64,000 nucleotides of DNA from Candidatus Brocadiia bacterium (GTDB lineage Bacteria; Planctomycetota; Brocadiia; SM23-32). Of this stretch, positions 1-10,400 are shown in pieces (position 1 is the stretch's first letter; every line of letters starts with the position of its first letter). Location: positions 10,712 to 74,711 of the forward strand of contig JBKHIT010000022.1 in NCBI GenBank assembly GCA_046538485.1, in the 5' to 3' direction. A model generated the notes under the pieces. It worked only from the letters and a program-made list of their open reading frames with translations. It was not told the origin of the DNA and did not search any database. The translations under genes were made by a program, and so were the position numbers.

Positions 1-928
1 CACCACGCGTCTCGATACATGTGGGGACCAGTTGCTCGTGGTCGGTTTCCCGGACGACAGCTTCGTAGGTCGTCACACCCGTGGGCAGAACCTCGGGGGT
101 TGTTTCATGGTCACTGATCACCGGGTAGCCCATCAGAATAGCCCCGGCGCCGGTCGCATACCAATCGTCCGGAATCTCACCGAAAGTGATGCCGAACGCG
201 AAGACGCGATCGCGGGAATATTGGAGAATTTTTTTGTATTCCCCCGGCTCCAGCCCACCGAAGGTCAGGGCACTGCGAACGGCCCAGTTCAGCACATGGA
301 TACCGTGTTTCGGTTCGGGACCGGTGGGAACGATGTAGGTATCCCATCCGGTCTGGACCTTCTCTTTTTTCAGCTGTTCCACCATCGTCTCGCCGTCACG
401 GTTGGCGAACGGGAAAATCAGAATATTCCGCTTCTGCAACTCTTCTATAATCATCGCAGCTGTTGCACTATCGGGAGCAGGGCCAAGAATGGCAGCAAAC
501 CCCGGCATCCGGCCATCGACCAGCTGGATACCGACCTCCCGCTGATTTGTATCAGTGAGAAAGCCGAGGAAGCCTTCCGGCGGTTCCCAGCCGTTCAGGT
601 AATCGATCGCGCAGATAATCTCCTGGGCGAACATCGTCGCAGCACCTTCATCCAGACCGTGGCCCAGATAGGGAACCCACACTTCTTTCTCCGGGACCGG
701 GTGCAACAGGTCGTTCCGGCAGTGTTCCAGAACCGGCTTCATCTCGCCCAGGGTCTGGACTTTGCGCCCAGTCAGGGCCAGGATCATCGGAAGTTGAAAC
801 GCCGTCTCGGGAAATCCAACTTCCTGATCTTCACCATACTCTTCGATTGCGCCCCTCAGTGCTTCTTCGGCCTGGTCAACAAACTGATGCGCGCCGCGGG
901 CTACAGCGCTGAAAATCTTATGAGACAT
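1..928 (-). CDS. acsB: Acetyl-CoA synthase subunit of CODH/ACS (partial; 3' end runs off the window)
   Basis: Not in the ORF track. Manual translation from ATG at 928 (CAGGAGG RBS upstream) gives MSHKIFSAVARGAH...VGFPETAFQLPMILALTG...PYLGHGLDEGAAT...GIQLVDGRMPGFAAILG, the typical AcsB N-terminal domain. Lies directly downstream of cooS/cooF. Confidence 0.92.
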   Translation of the reverse strand, partial: MSHKIFSAVARGAHQFVDQAEEALRGAIEEYGEDQEVGFPETAFQLPMILALTGRKVQTLGEMKPVLEHCRNDLLHPVPEKEVWVPYLGHGLDEGAATMFAQEIICAIDYLNGWEPPEGFLGFLTDTNQREVGIQLVDGRMPGFAAILGPAPDSATAAMIIEELQKRNILIFPFANRDGETMVEQLKKEKVQTGWDTYIVPTGPEPKHGIHVLNWAVRSALTFGGLEPGEYKKILQYSRDRVFAFGITFGEIPDDWYATGAGAILMGYPVISDHETTPEVLPTGVTTYEAVVRETDHEQLVPTCIETRG

Positions 929-995
929 TAGTACCTCCTGCTTGGTTGCTCTTTCTGGACAACAGGTTATGAGTCGCGTTCATATTTTCGGTGTG

Positions 996-1766
996 CTAAC
1001 TTCGTTTGACGGCACCGACGGGACAGATCTCGTGGCAGGTGCCGCAGTGAATACATTCTTCCTGGTCTATCACAAACGGCTCGCCGACTTTACCCTTCTC
1101 CTCATCCTCGGGCTTCGCACGGGCCGGGGGTTTACCCCGTTTGCCATCAATGCAGTCAACGGGACAGTTCTTCGCACACCGTCCACAGCAGATGCATTCC
1201 TTGGAATCGATGTCGAATTTGACGCCGGGCCCGGCAGTTTCCGTCCGGGATTCATCCCTGAGCAGAGCATCGTATTGCTCGCTCTCCTCCCCTGCGTGAG
1301 CTTCCTCCACGGTAACGGTCACGAGTGCGGAAGTCGGACAGGCCCGCACGCAGTAAGGGTCGTCGCCCCCGGCAATTAATCCCTCACAGACATCGCATTT
1401 GACCGCGACGTCTGCCTCCTCATCCCAGCTAACGGCCTCGTAGGGGCAGACCCTGACGCAGGCTTTGCAGCTGATGCATTTTTCGCGATCGGTGAGGACC
1501 CGGCCGTCTTCGGCTTTATAGAGTGCACCGGTCGGGCAGGCCTCAACACACGGTGCATTTTCGCAGTGCCGGCACTGGACGGGCACGTTATGGTCCTCAA
1601 CATCAATGACGTGGACACGAGGGATCAGGTGGGCGTCCGAGAGCAATGCCTCGGCAATGTCCTCGAATCCCGCATGGGCCTTCGCACACGCCAGCTCGCA
1701 GCTCTTACAGGCCACGCACCTGTCCACTCTGATCCGGACGGCACGCGAACTGGTAGCGGTAGTCAT
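996..1766 (-). CDS. CooF-like 4Fe-4S polyferredoxin with an extra C-terminal 2x[4Fe-4S] domain
   Basis: Motifs CVACKSCELAC, CRHCENAPCVEACP, CISCKACVRVCP and KCDVC...CVRACP, plus CICCGRCAKNCP and CIHCGTCHEICP. Start moved to ATG 1766, just after the cooS stop. Confidence 0.85.
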   Translation of the reverse strand: MTTATSSRAVRIRVDRCVACKSCELACAKAHAGFEDIAEALLSDAHLIPRVHVIDVEDHNVPVQCRHCENAPCVEACPTGALYKAEDGRVLTDREKCISCKACVRVCPYEAVSWDEEADVAVKCDVCEGLIAGGDDPYCVRACPTSALVTVTVEEAHAGEESEQYDALLRDESRTETAGPGVKFDIDSKECICCGRCAKNCPVDCIDGKRGKPPARAKPEDEEKGKVGEPFVIDQEECIHCGTCHEICPVGAVKRS

Positions 1767-1785
1767 AGCGGAAATCCTTTCGGTA

Positions 1786-3744
1786 TCATTCAGCAGGAGT
1801 CGGGGCTTCCTGAGTCGCTTCGCTAATTTCAAGCGGCTCATACATCATATCGTCCAACCCGAGGGCTTTACGTTTTTTGTCGATATGATCGATCATAAGA
1901 TGTGCAGCTTCGATCGGATCCCGTTCGAAGGCCAGTTTGCCGCCGAAATCCTCCTCCATTCCATCGGTAATATATTCCATAACTTTCGGCGCACCGACCA
2001 CGGGGAATGGTTCCGCACAGACCGTGAAGACGCCGCTGGCGGCGAAATATGAGGCGATCGAGATGGCTTTCTCGCTCATCCATTCGGGTGCTGCGCCGGC
2101 GACCGGCAGTTCAGAGATGTCCTCTCCGATACCGCCTTCGTTAACCATCTCAACGCATGCCAGAAGAATTCGGCTGTTATCGACGCACGAACCCACGTGC
2201 AGGACCGGCGCACAACCGACGGCGGCACAGATCTCTTTCAGCCCATCTCCGGCATATTTCTCCGCCGCCTCCGGTTTCATCAGTCCGGCCTTGGCGCAAG
2301 CGATCGCGCTGCATCCAGTCTGGACCACCAGCACGTCATGACGGATCAGCTCTTTGACCATCTCCAGATGTCCCCAATCGTGGATAATCTTCACGTTATT
2401 GCAACCGACAACCCCCGCTACGCCGCGGAGACGTCCGTCAGCAATACCTCGGTTCAGCGGACGATAGAGGGGACGATAGAAGCCGCCGAGAGTGCGAAAG
2501 ATGCTCTCGACCGTATGACCCGCAATCAGGTCTTCTTTCTGCTCGGGAACGACCGCATCTTCCGGGTCTCGTTCTTTGAACGCGTCGATAGCCTTCTCGA
2601 TAATTTCTTTTGCGATCTCCAGAGCACGGTCTTCCTCAAACTCAATATGTTCCAAACCTTCAAACTCGGCTTTCTTGGAGGTTGAAATCAGCCGAGTCGC
2701 AACATGATCGGAATAATTGGCGATAGCAGGGAAGATGCATTGAACATCAACGATCATCGCATCGACGGCGCCCGTGGAAAGAGCGAGTTCTTGCTGCAGA
2801 AAATTCCCGGCAACAGGTATACCGTGGCGCATCAAGATTTCATTGGCCGTGCAACAGATTCCGCTGAGCTGGATTCCATCGGCCCCCGCCTCCGAAGCTT
2901 TTTGCTGCATCTCCTTATCATAGGCAGCCGCTACAATCATCTCTGACAACGTCGGCTCATGACCGTGGACAATGACGTTTACAGCTTCAGGGCGGATCAC
3001 ACCGAGATTTGTCTTTGCTTTGATCGGGTCCGGGCCTCCGAAAAGCACGTCACTGGCGTCGGTGGCATACATGCTGCCCCCCCATCCATCGGAAAGCGCG
3101 GTACGGAAGCCGGTCTTAACGATATGTATGGGATCGCTGTCTACACCTATGTGCGTCGCGTGCAGCGCCCGGACGATATCAGCGTCCACGCCCGCGGGAG
3201 TCACACTCTGTTCTTTCCATTTCTTTTGGAGCGGCTCCGGCGCTCTTTCGACGGATCTCAATTCCCCTTCCTGGCGCCCAAAATCCGCCAGAGCGAGTTC
3301 AGCCACTTCCTGGGCAATGACACCGATCCCCTTGTCCTCGGTCTCAAGGCCATAAAACTCGGCAAGTTTCTTAAGTTTTTCCGGATTCTTAATCTCGTAA
3401 TTCGAATCCTCGTCCTGTCCGGCCAGTCTGAGGGTATGGACCACGTCACGGCCATGGTCAGAGTGGGCCGCCGCACCGACAGCCGTATGTCGGACAAGAT
3501 TTCGGGCGGCGATGACATCGGCCGTGGCTCCGCAAACACCGCATTCGGCGCCTTCACCGAACGGGTCAATGCGGCAGGGCCCGAGGACACAATTCTTGCA
3601 GCAGAGCCCGAGTTCGCCGAAATCGCACTGCGGCTGAATAGCTTCGTATCGGTCCCATGCCAATTCGTAGCCCTGCTGGGCACTGTGGTCAATCATCTGC
3701 TGAGAAGCCGGATCTACGCTTTTGTTTTTCTTTTCGTCGGCCAT
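1786..3744 (-). CDS. cooS: Anaerobic Ni-CO dehydrogenase catalytic subunit (CooS/AcsA)
   Basis: QPQCDFGELGLCCKNCVLGPCRI (D/B clusters), AAHSDHGRD, VHGHEP, GICCTANE, GCNN, GSCVDNSR, WMSEKA. Start at ATG 3744 with a GGAGG RBS. Confidence 0.96.
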   Translation of the reverse strand: MADEKKNKSVDPASQQMIDHSAQQGYELAWDRYEAIQPQCDFGELGLCCKNCVLGPCRIDPFGEGAECGVCGATADVIAARNLVRHTAVGAAAHSDHGRDVVHTLRLAGQDEDSNYEIKNPEKLKKLAEFYGLETEDKGIGVIAQEVAELALADFGRQEGELRSVERAPEPLQKKWKEQSVTPAGVDADIVRALHATHIGVDSDPIHIVKTGFRTALSDGWGGSMYATDASDVLFGGPDPIKAKTNLGVIRPEAVNVIVHGHEPTLSEMIVAAAYDKEMQQKASEAGADGIQLSGICCTANEILMRHGIPVAGNFLQQELALSTGAVDAMIVDVQCIFPAIANYSDHVATRLISTSKKAEFEGLEHIEFEEDRALEIAKEIIEKAIDAFKERDPEDAVVPEQKEDLIAGHTVESIFRTLGGFYRPLYRPLNRGIADGRLRGVAGVVGCNNVKIIHDWGHLEMVKELIRHDVLVVQTGCSAIACAKAGLMKPEAAEKYAGDGLKEICAAVGCAPVLHVGSCVDNSRILLACVEMVNEGGIGEDISELPVAGAAPEWMSEKAISIASYFAASGVFTVCAEPFPVVGAPKVMEYITDGMEEDFGGKLAFERDPIEAAHLMIDHIDKKRKALGLDDMMYEPLEISEATQEAPTPAE

Positions 3745-3805
3745 AAGTTTCCTCCGGGTAACTATCCGTTGAATTGACGTTTCGTTCGCAGGCCGCCCTG
3801 AAAGA

Positions 3806-3887
3806 CCAGAATCACAGCCTGGGTGGCAAGTTCGCCCTCGGCCTTCGAGGCCAGAGCGCGCGCTACCAGGGTAGATACAGGGCAATC
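3806..3887. repeat. REP-like palindromic element between cooC and cooS
   Basis: ...CACAGCCTGGGTGGC...GGCCTTCGAGGCC...GCTACCAGGGT... forms nested hairpins and resembles the element at about 22020-22150. Confidence 0.35.
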
Positions 3888-3969
3888 GCTGGATTGTTCT
3901 GGGAAGTTAAGGACCACCACACTGGCGTGGGGGCCGTACACAAAAAGCCGCCCCGTGTTCTTGGCTTTC

Positions 3970-4737
3970 TCAAACCGCAGGGGCGGAAATGTGCGCCAGA
4001 ATATCGCGGGCCCATTCCTTCTGGCGAGCGTCTCCTGTGTAAGGGCACCCGCCTTCCAGATCGGCAGCGGCGATTGTCTCGTTGTAAGAAATCCTCCCCG
4101 CTATCGGAAGCGGAGATAGTTGTTTTTCAATGAGCTCAACTTGTTCGTCAGATCTATATTTATTTATCACGACCTCAACCTCTTTCACTCCAATATCGGC
4201 GGCGAGGTCATGGATATCACGTGCGGTTTGTATGCTGCGGCGCCCGGGCGTCACGACCACCAACATCATATCAACCCCTTGAGCGGTGCCCCGTCCCAGA
4301 TGCTCAATCCCGGCTTCCATATCGAGGATAACCGTTTGTTGTTTCTGAAATACCAGGTGATTCAGCAGAGATCGCACAAACGCATTTTCCGGGCACATAC
4401 AACCGGTTCCACCCTTTTTCAGCCTGCCCATGCGCAAAAGTTTCACACCGTCAGCTTCGACGGAAAAACGCTCGGGGATATCATCAACTTTAGGATTGAG
4501 CGAAAAATACTGTCCTGCGCCCTGATCTGCCCCTGTGCGCTCTTTGATCAATTCCTCCAACTCAATGACCGGTTCCGGGGAACCATCTTCCCCCAGACCA
4601 AGCGCCATAGCCGCATTCGCATCCGGATCAGCGTCTATAAGAACGACCTCTTCATTCTGATCGGTAAGGTATCGTGCAAGTATAACTGCGATTGTTGTCT
4701 TGCCGGTTCCACCTTTGCCAGTAATTGCAAGCTTCAT
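3970..4737 (-). CDS. cooC: CooC/AcsF nickel-insertion ATPase
   Basis: MKLAITGKGGTGKTT, IDADPD, GGTGCMCPEN, DMEAGIEHLGRGTA. Confidence 0.93.
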   Translation of the reverse strand: MKLAITGKGGTGKTTIAVILARYLTDQNEEVVLIDADPDANAAMALGLGEDGSPEPVIELEELIKERTGADQGAGQYFSLNPKVDDIPERFSVEADGVKLLRMGRLKKGGTGCMCPENAFVRSLLNHLVFQKQQTVILDMEAGIEHLGRGTAQGVDMMLVVVTPGRRSIQTARDIHDLAADIGVKEVEVVINKYRSDEQVELIEKQLSPLPIAGRISYNETIAAADLEGGCPYTGDARQKEWARDILAHISAPAV

Positions 4738-5024
4738 ACTTCTCCGTTCCAGCATTTTGGCGGCCCCGCTGTAGCGGACAACCGCCTTACTACGCTCCAG
4801 CTCCGGTAAGAGCTGTTAATACACCGTGGCATCAAGATTCCTTGTAGGAACTCGCGCCTTCCGGTCAAATCACTCCAGATATGAATCCACCAAATACGCT
4901 TATATTCTAATCAGCTTCCATCAACTCGTCAAGGAAACGATTCCGCACCGAAACACGCTTCAAAATGGGCCGAAAACCGAGCAGTAGTCTGCCCCCAATT
5001 CGCGCTCTTATGGCAAATTTCGGC

Positions 5025-6608
5025 TCAAAAATACATGTTCTCGGCCACGATGTAGGGAAAATCGGGTTCCCTCTCGTTGGGTTTGGCGTGTTCGATGCTT
5101 CTGGCCAGTTCTTCCGATTCTTCTCGGGTCGATTTCGACAAAAGCATTGCCCGGGCTCCGGCCAGCGCAGCATTGCCGATTCTGGCGGTTTTGGATGCCG
5201 CATCGGGCAACAATCCGATCAAAGCGGCATTTTCAACGTTGATGAAATTCCCAAATCCACCCGCAAGATACATCCTCTGCACAGCAGAAATATCAACTCC
5301 GTAGTACTTCATCAGCAAATCCTGGTCAGCCCGCAACCCGGCTTTGGCTGTGATCAATTCGTAGATATCTTCCTGTGTAAGCTTTATTTTCTCGCTAATT
5401 TCAAAATCGTCTCTCAGCTTCGCTTTTCGGCTCATCGTCTCCGTGCGTAGCAACTCGGCCAACAAATCGATCAGACCCGAACCGCACACGCCCACTGCAG
5501 GTTTGTTCCCGATGGTCTCATAATCGACGCGTCCGTTGTGCAACCATACGTTCTTAATCGCGCCTTCTATCGCCCCGGTCCCACAGCTCACAGTAGCTCC
5601 TTCGTACGCCCCCCCGGCCGCGCACGAAGCGGTCATCATTTTTTTGCTGTTCCCAATCGCGACCTCACCGTTTGTCCCGATATCAATCATCACATTCACC
5701 GCATCATCAAGATGCATCCCGGCCGCAATAATGTCTGCAAGCGCATCGGACCCGGCGTGTCCCCCGATCAAAGCCGGCCCATAAACCTGACAGGAAGGAT
5801 TCACCCGAAGGCCGATCTGGCGGGCGGTGGCATGGAGCGGATCGAGATTGCCCGCTTCATAGGGAATGACCCCGAGACTCTCAACCTTCTGCCCGAAAAA
5901 GATGTCTCGCATGGTGCTGTTACCAACAATCACCACTTCGTAAACTCGGTCGCGAAATTCTCCGGTTTCATCCGCGTGCTGGGCCAGCAGCTCGTTGATC
6001 CCATTGACAACCACTTTTTGCAATTGTTTCAAACCGCCTTCATGCTCCATCGTATACCCGATTCGGGAAATGACGTCGTTGCCGTAAGCAATCTGCGGAT
6101 TCTTGCGGCTGAGGGTGGCCAACCGCCGGCCATCCTCCAGATCCACCAGCTCAACAACAACCGTCGTCGTCCCCACATCAATGGCAAGCCCGTAGATCTC
6201 ACCCCGATGTGCCCCAAGATCCCCCGACTCATCGTGAACGACACGTCGGCCTTCCTGATGGACAAAGGGATCGAGGTCGATTTTGTCTTCCATCGAATCC
6301 GAAAGAATGCTGTAATTGCCAAAATCCTTCATAAACACCCGAACAGTGGCCGAAGTGTCGATCACCGAAGCCTGGCAGGCAAGACGCTCGTTTTCCCCAA
6401 GGTTGAACTCCCGTTCGGCCGCCGTCCGGTCGCTCAGAGCCCCCTCTCCCCTTTCGATGCGAACCACACATCGCCCGCATGTGCCCAACCCTCCGCATTC
6501 AGACGCGATCTCGACGCCAAGTTTCTGGGCATGTTCCAGCAATGTACCTTCAAACAATTCGACTCCGTCGCGTCCCTTCCGGTACTGCGGGAAATAAAGA
6601 CATCCCAT
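5025..6608 (-). CDS. Reductive activator of corrinoid proteins (RACo/AcsV; 2Fe-2S plus ASKHA domain)
   Basis: N-terminal CGGLGTCGRC...RLACQ, then IDVGTTT, YGNDVISRI, IDIGTNGE, GVCGSG, LAGGFG. Confidence 0.9.
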   Translation of the reverse strand: MGCLYFPQYRKGRDGVELFEGTLLEHAQKLGVEIASECGGLGTCGRCVVRIERGEGALSDRTAAEREFNLGENERLACQASVIDTSATVRVFMKDFGNYSILSDSMEDKIDLDPFVHQEGRRVVHDESGDLGAHRGEIYGLAIDVGTTTVVVELVDLEDGRRLATLSRKNPQIAYGNDVISRIGYTMEHEGGLKQLQKVVVNGINELLAQHADETGEFRDRVYEVVIVGNSTMRDIFFGQKVESLGVIPYEAGNLDPLHATARQIGLRVNPSCQVYGPALIGGHAGSDALADIIAAGMHLDDAVNVMIDIGTNGEVAIGNSKKMMTASCAAGGAYEGATVSCGTGAIEGAIKNVWLHNGRVDYETIGNKPAVGVCGSGLIDLLAELLRTETMSRKAKLRDDFEISEKIKLTQEDIYELITAKAGLRADQDLLMKYYGVDISAVQRMYLAGGFGNFINVENAALIGLLPDAASKTARIGNAALAGARAMLLSKSTREESEELARSIEHAKPNEREPDFPYIVAENMYF

Positions 6609-6695
6609 TGTTCCGAATCTCCATCAAAACCAGCGCAAAAAAAAGCAATCAACGGTAACTGAAGACAAAAAGAGCCGCACCCTCACTTATTTGTG

Positions 6696-6744
6696 TTGCA
6701 TGAACTCTATTCGCATGTTATTCTATTGTTCAATAACATGAACG
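6696..6744 (+). promoter_or_regulatory. Sigma70-like promoter with a palindromic operator upstream of the DtxR-type gene
   Basis: TTGCAT(6696)-17 bp-TATTCT(6719), then TGTTCAATAACATGAACG at 6727-6744 (GTTCA-N6-TGAAC), which matches the palindrome at 32688. Confidence 0.6.
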
Positions 6745-6765
6745 TCAACCGAGGGGTTATAATTC

Positions 6766-7272
6766 ATGACAAAAGAACTCAGTTCCACTCTCGAGGACTA
6801 TCTGGAAGCCATTTTCAGGCTCGAAACTGCAAAGGGATTCGCCAGAGTTCGCGACATCGCAGAGAACCTCGAAGTCGCTAAATCTGCCGTAACGGCCGCG
6901 ATACAAAGTCTCTCTTCAAAAGGGTTCATCAACTACGAACCGTACGAACCGATAACGCTTTCAGAGAAAGGCCAAAAAAAGGCCGAGAAAATCGTCCTCC
7001 GCCATCGGATTATCGAAAACTTCCTGCAGAAAGTCCTCGGTATCGAGTATGAGCGTGCCGAAGCCGTCGCCTGCGGCATGGAACATGCCATTGACGAAGA
7101 TGCTCTTCAGCGGTTTATATGTTTTCTTGCTTTCCTCAATCAATCACCCGAGACCGGACAGGAATGGCTTCAGGATTTCCGGCAGTTTCTCGACGAAGGA
7201 GCCGAAGGGCAATCGTGCAAAGAATGCGTGGAAGCTTATAAAGCCACGCTCCACGAAAACACCGAAACGTAA
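6766..7272 (+). CDS. DtxR/MntR-family metal-dependent transcriptional regulator
   Basis: LEDYLEAIF, ARVRDIA (HTH), LRHRII, EAVACGMEHAI; additional C-terminal CKEC. Confidence 0.92.
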   Translation: MTKELSSTLEDYLEAIFRLETAKGFARVRDIAENLEVAKSAVTAAIQSLSSKGFINYEPYEPITLSEKGQKKAEKIVLRHRIIENFLQKVLGIEYERAEAVACGMEHAIDEDALQRFICFLAFLNQSPETGQEWLQDFRQFLDEGAEGQSCKECVEAYKATLHENTET

Positions 7273-7322
7273 TACAGCGCTCACTCCGGCTATTTGATCA
7301 ACGACTGAATGATATCAGTGCC

Positions 7323-7341
7323 AACAGTATAACTGTTTTTT
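7323..7341 (+). terminator. Possible weak intrinsic terminator
   Basis: AACAGT-ATA-ACTGTT followed by a T run; the stem is AT-rich and weak. Confidence 0.25.
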
Positions 7342-7484
7342 ATCTTACGGCCAGTAAAATAAAGGGGCGCAGCTTCTTTTTGTTTCTGTTCGTCGTTGCA
7401 AAAAAGCACCTCGCGAAACAGTTCCTCGTGTCAACGTCCCCGGTATAGCCTGCAACCAATTCAGAAAAGACCAGAGGGCTCACA

Positions 7485-10400
7485 GTGAGCGGAAAATTCA
7501 TCAATCGGATCGGCCAGCGCCTGATCATTTTCGACGGCGCCATGGGCACAAATATCCAGGCATTAGACCTGAACCTCGAAGACGATTTCTGGAACAAGGA
7601 AAATTGCACGGAGGTTCTGGTGCTGAGCCGGCCCGATATGGTCCAGCAAATCCACGCGTCTTTCTTCGAAGCCGGATCCGACGCCGGCGAAACCAATACG
7701 TTCGGCGGTATGAAACATGTCCTCGCAGAATTCGGTCTCGAAAATCGTTGCCGCGAATTGAATCGGAAAGCCGTTCAGATTGCGCGCAAAAGCGCCGACG
7801 AATACAGCACTCTCGAAAAACCCCGTTTCGTCGTCGGCGCAATGGGCCCGGGCACCAAACTCATCAGTCTCGGTCAAATAAACTGGGATGATCTCTATGA
7901 CAGTTACCTGGAACAAGCACGAGGGTTGATCGACGGCCACCCCGACGCGATCCTGCTCGAAACCCAGCAGGATGTCCTGTGCATCAAATGCGCCCTTAAC
8001 GCCATCCTTGATGCCATGGAGGAACAGGGAACGCAACCAGCGCTCGAACCCGGTGATGACGGCATTCCGATCATGGTCCAGGTCACCATCGAGGAAACCG
8101 GAACCATGCTGACAGGCACGGATATCGGCACCGCCGCCGTGGCTCTGCAAAATTTCCCGATCATCTCACTGGGAATGAATTGCGCGACTGGCCCAGAAGG
8201 CATGGCCGAGCATGTGAGGTGGCTGTCCGACCACTGGCCGCGATATATCAGTGTCCTCCCGAATGCCGGCCTGCCCTCCCTCGTCGAAGGGGAAACGGTC
8301 TATCCATTACAACCCGAAGATTTCGCAGAGAAAATGACACAGTTTGTCGCTGATTTCGGTCTCGATATCGTAGGGGGGTGCTGCGGCACAAGACCGGAAC
8401 ATCTACGTATGCTTGTGAATGCCCTTGAGGGCCAAGATGTACCTCCACACGAAAAGAAAAGAATGCCGATCGGCTGCACGTCTCTCTTCTCCACCGTCGC
8501 CTATCGCCAGGAATCTTCCCTGCTGAACATCGGCGAACGTTGCAACGCCTCGGGATCCCGACACTTCAAACGACTTCTCGAAGACGACAATTGGGACGAA
8601 ATCGTCTCCCTCGCCCGGGAACAGGTTGCGCAGGGATCTCATGTGCTCGATATCAATGTCGATTACGCCGGACGCGACAACGCCAGCGACATGAAAACGA
8701 TCATCCGAATGATGTCGCGTCAGATCGACACACCGCTGATGCTTGATTCCACCAAACCGGAGACCATTGAGGCCGGTCTCCGATGTGCCGCCGGAAAATG
8801 CCTGATCAACTCGGCCAATCTGGAAAATGGCGAGTCGGATTTCGGCAAGATGTGTCAGCTCGCACGTCGATACAACGCCGGCCTTGTCCTGGGAACCATC
8901 GACGAAGATCCCGAAGAAGCGATGGCCCGCACCGAAGAACGCAAAATCGAAATCGCCCGGCGGATGTTCAAAATCGCCACCGAAAAATACGGCCTGGCCA
9001 GAGAGGACCTCATATTCGACCCGCTTGTCCTGCCAGTATCCACCGGGATGGAAAAAGACAAACGTTCGGCCCTTGAGACAATTAAAGGCACCCGGCGTAT
9101 TGCCGAGGAGTTCCCGGATTCCCAGATCACTTGCGGTTTAAGCAACGTGAGTTTTGGCCTGAAGCCGGCCGCTCGCCAGGTCCTTAACTCCGCTTTTCTG
9201 CGCGAACTTCAAAAAAACGGCATGACCTCCGCCATCGTCCACGTCTCAAAAATCATCCCCCGCAGCAAAGTCGACGATGAACTCTGGAACGCAGCTCTGG
9301 ATGTCATTTACGCCCGTCAGCCCGAAGAGCCCGTTGGGCTCGCCGACGGATCCGAAACGTTCGACCCATTGCAGATATTCATCGATAAATTCCCGGATGA
9401 AGGCGGCGAGATATCCGTAAAACAGGATATCAGCCAGCTGCCGTTGGAAGAGCGATTGCAAAAACATATCATCGACGGGGAGAAGAAAAATCTTCATGCC
9501 ACGCTCGATGAAGCCATGGGGGAATATGCTCCCCTCGACATCATAAACAACCATCTCCTCGCGGGGATGAAAATCGTGGGCGAGCTGTTCGGCTCCGGCC
9601 AGATGCAATTGCCATTCGTGCTGCAATCCGCAGAAGTCATGAAAATGGCCTTCGCTTACCTCAACCCCTATATGGAAAAAACAGAGGACTCAACAAAAGG
9701 TACAATCGTCCTGGCGACCGTCAAAGGCGATGTCCATGATATCGGCAAAAATCTCGTTGACATTATTCTGACGAACAACGGTTATAAAACGGTTAATCTC
9801 GGCATCAAACAGCCGATCGATGACATTCTTCAGGCATGTGAAAAACACGATGCCAACGCGATCGGTATGAGCGGATTGCTCGTCAAAAGCGTTAATGTCA
9901 TGGAAGACAACCTGAAATATCTCGTTCAGCAAGGGATCACGGTGCCCGTCCTGGTGGGCGGAGCCGCTCTGAGCCAGGATTACTGCGAAAGTTACCTCCG
10001 CGAGATTTATGCGCCAGGCGGAGGCAAAATATATTACGGAAAAGATGCTTTCGAAGGGCTCCGTTTGATGGACCACATCGTGGGCGGCAGAACGGATATA
10101 CTCGAGCAGGAAATCGCGTCGCGCCTTGAAAATAAACAAAGAGCTAACACATCCAGGGGAACAGAGGAAAAAGAAACGTCTGATAAAACAGCCCCTGAGT
10201 TCCGCGCCGAACCGATTTCTGAGTCTTCAAAGCCTGGTTTAGTCCCCGAACCGCCCTTCCTCGGCTCGCGAGTTGTTCAAAATGTACCGCTTGAGGATTT
10301 TGTGCCTTACATCAACCGCGTTGCACTCTACAGCCGGCAATGGCAATTCAAAAAGAAAGGCCTGGATCGTGATGAGTATGAGAAACTCATCCGGGAAACT

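Noticed and set aside
32-931. 299-aa plus-strand ORF
   Set aside because: Antisense shadow of acsB, which has clear motifs and an RBS on the minus strand.
5538-6662. Long antisense or alternate-frame ORFs (also 20534-21580, 33502-34518, 36083-37129, 53983-55218, 54150-55097)
   Set aside because: They overlap well-supported genes and have no recognisable motifs; such ORFs are expected in GC-rich DNA.
7273-7484. Cobalamin or SAM riboswitch upstream of metH
   Set aside because: No B12-box or SAM-I core motifs recognisable by eye; an Infernal search would be needed to exclude one fully.
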